Part shown: positions 62,131-64,000 of the stretch, one piece after another
Numbering within the stretch: position 1 is the first letter of the stretch
Layout of the letters: each line of letters starts with the position of its first letter
NCBI GenBank assembly: GCA_039621445.1
Contig: CP154954.1
Span: 18,400,642 to 18,464,641, forward strand
Source: Euglena gracilis
Lineage: Eukaryota
Direction of reading: 5' to 3'
DNA length: 64,000 nucleotides
Notes under the pieces: model-generated
The model's database searches: none
Told to the model about the DNA's origin: nothing
Seen by the model: only the letters and a program-made list of their open reading frames with translations
Position numbers and translations under genes: made by a program

Positions 62131-64000
62131 ATTCATCCTGTTACGACTAAATTTCGATGAAAATTGGGCCTAATTCAGCTAAATTTAGGGCTTGGCCTTA
62201 TTTAACGGGGGGGGGGGAGGGATTGGGGCTAGATAAAATTAGAACCGGCAAAATTGGAAGCCGAAAAAATTTGTGCCAAACCTGAAAACAGGCCCGGAAA
62301 AAATTGGCAGGATTTTTTATGTGAAAACGTCCAGTTATGGCAAAAGTTCTTTCATGGCAACCAAAAAATTGGGGGGAAATGGGAAAAAATTGGCAGGATT
62401 TTCAAAAAAGGGCCAGAAAAAATTGGCAGGATTTCTATACGCCAATTTTTTCGCAAACAATTTTTTGGGCCTCCAATTCCCCCCCCCCCCGGTAACTTTA
62501 GCCCTCTTCTGAACGACAATTGCAGCTCTAACCATCGAAAGTCCCGTCAGTTTGCGGAAAGTGGAAAGTACCACGCCAAAGTCCTTGGAGACTAAATCGT
62601 TGTGACGGAGTCAGCAGACTGTCTGGGGCTGGTGTGACCAATCTTTGAGGGATGGCAGCGGATTCAGCCTATTTTGCACAACTGCCGCCAGGTTTTGTTG
62701 TTAGACCCCTGGCCACAGCAGGGCTGAGCAGGACTCCCAGCATTCCTACGGCCTGGAAACTGGGGTGGGACCCCATCCCCAACAAACGTTTTGAGGGGGT
62801 GTGGCCGCATGCCTTCCATCTCAGCCATTTCGGAATCGTGTCACCCCCATCCGTCAATTAAAAGACAGATGTATACCAGGAACGGCAGCTCAAATTGGGT
62901 ACCCCAACCATTTACACCGACGTCTTGCTACGTCACTTTCACTTGAAAGCCTGGGGGGAAGTTAGTTTAAATGGGTCAAAATGCTCGTCTGGGGGGGGGG
63001 GGACGAAGCGACCTGCATATGTCCTCTCCCCTGCAGAGATGTCAGAATCTCTCAGTGATGTTCCATCTGTGCATGTTTCGCCAAAAAGTAGACACTGGGG
63101 TGAGCCTGAACGCTCGTCTTGTGTTTTCTACGACCTTCTTGCGCTTTGCTGCGCTTTACCTCGGTGCGCACTGGATGCGGGAGAGGGGTTTTTTCAACCC
63201 CTTTTTCAACCCCTGGGGGGCAGGGGTGGCCTGGGCCGTCTGGCGCTCAGAGGAAGCTGCCGCGGGTTTGCCTCTCTGTTCTGAATGGGCGTAACTGAGG
63301 GCACACTTGGGTCGGAAGGAGCTCCCCCCAGGCTCCTTCCGACCCAAGTGTGAGTGCTTGTGGGGACGTGTGTTGTCAGTCTGTGTTGCGGTTCCGCCGC
63401 AAGCTGGCAGGTGGGGTATCATCAGGGTCGATGGCCCTGCGACCGTCGTCCCTGATCGATCTTGTCTGTGGTTAGATACGCGCTGTGCTGCACCCTCCCC
63501 CAGGGATGGGGGAGGGGTGGGGCAGAAAAAATGAGCCCAAAAACAAGGCAACCCGGGGAGGAAAAATGTCTCCACTGTGTAGGACTGCGCCCTCCGGGAC
63601 ACCACCCTTTGGGGAAGGCTAACCAAGGCCCTTCCAGTTGCAAAAACTTCGCAATTCAAGGAAACTCCAGGTGAAAAAATGATTTCTAGCATCCTTGGGG
63701 CAATACAGCTGGTCAGTGAAAAAATAGCCACAGGAAGGGGTATATGGTCATTTTTTGGCTGTTTTTGGCCCTTTTTTTTATTTCAACCACTTTGGCAGCT
63801 CCTGACTTAAGCTGGGGGTGGGGGGGATTGTAGTCAACCAGTTAGAAAAGCCAAGTCCACATGCAAGTTGCACCCCCTCTGGCTCGGACCATGTGAACTT
63901 CGACTAATGGCGTAAAGTGGAGCCCCTACAATACCCCACAGTACCCAACAGTACCCCACACCCCCCACACATCCCCCCGCACCCCCCCCCCACTGCCCCA

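Overview
Repeat-saturated eukaryotic nuclear DNA with no operons, rRNA, intact tRNA or CRISPR. The element families and GC-rich exon islands suggest a euglenozoan, possibly a euglenid; this is inference, not a database result. (1) 1-10.8 kb: a nested cluster of DIRS1-type tyrosine-recombinase retrotransposons (gag, RT, RNase H, MT, YR; inverted terminal repeats plus an internal complementary region, ICR) that have inserted into each other's termini. (2) About 19-39 kb: scattered minus-strand exon-like islands of one or more host genes, separated by introns packed with MITEs. (3) About 47.1-53.6 kb: a CRE/SLACS-like non-LTR retrotransposon (RT, CCHC, restriction-like endonuclease) broken by 8 primary insertions whose removal rejoins the protein motifs. 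(4) Three copies of an unclassified hairpin-ended element carrying 163-bp and 19-bp satellites. (5) Many hAT-like MITEs with CA...TG ends and 8-bp target-site duplications (TSDs). Their geometry matches the euglenid non-conventional intron consensus, which makes them candidate intron-generating elements. All coordinates were read by eye, and domain calls rest on motif recognition, not searches.
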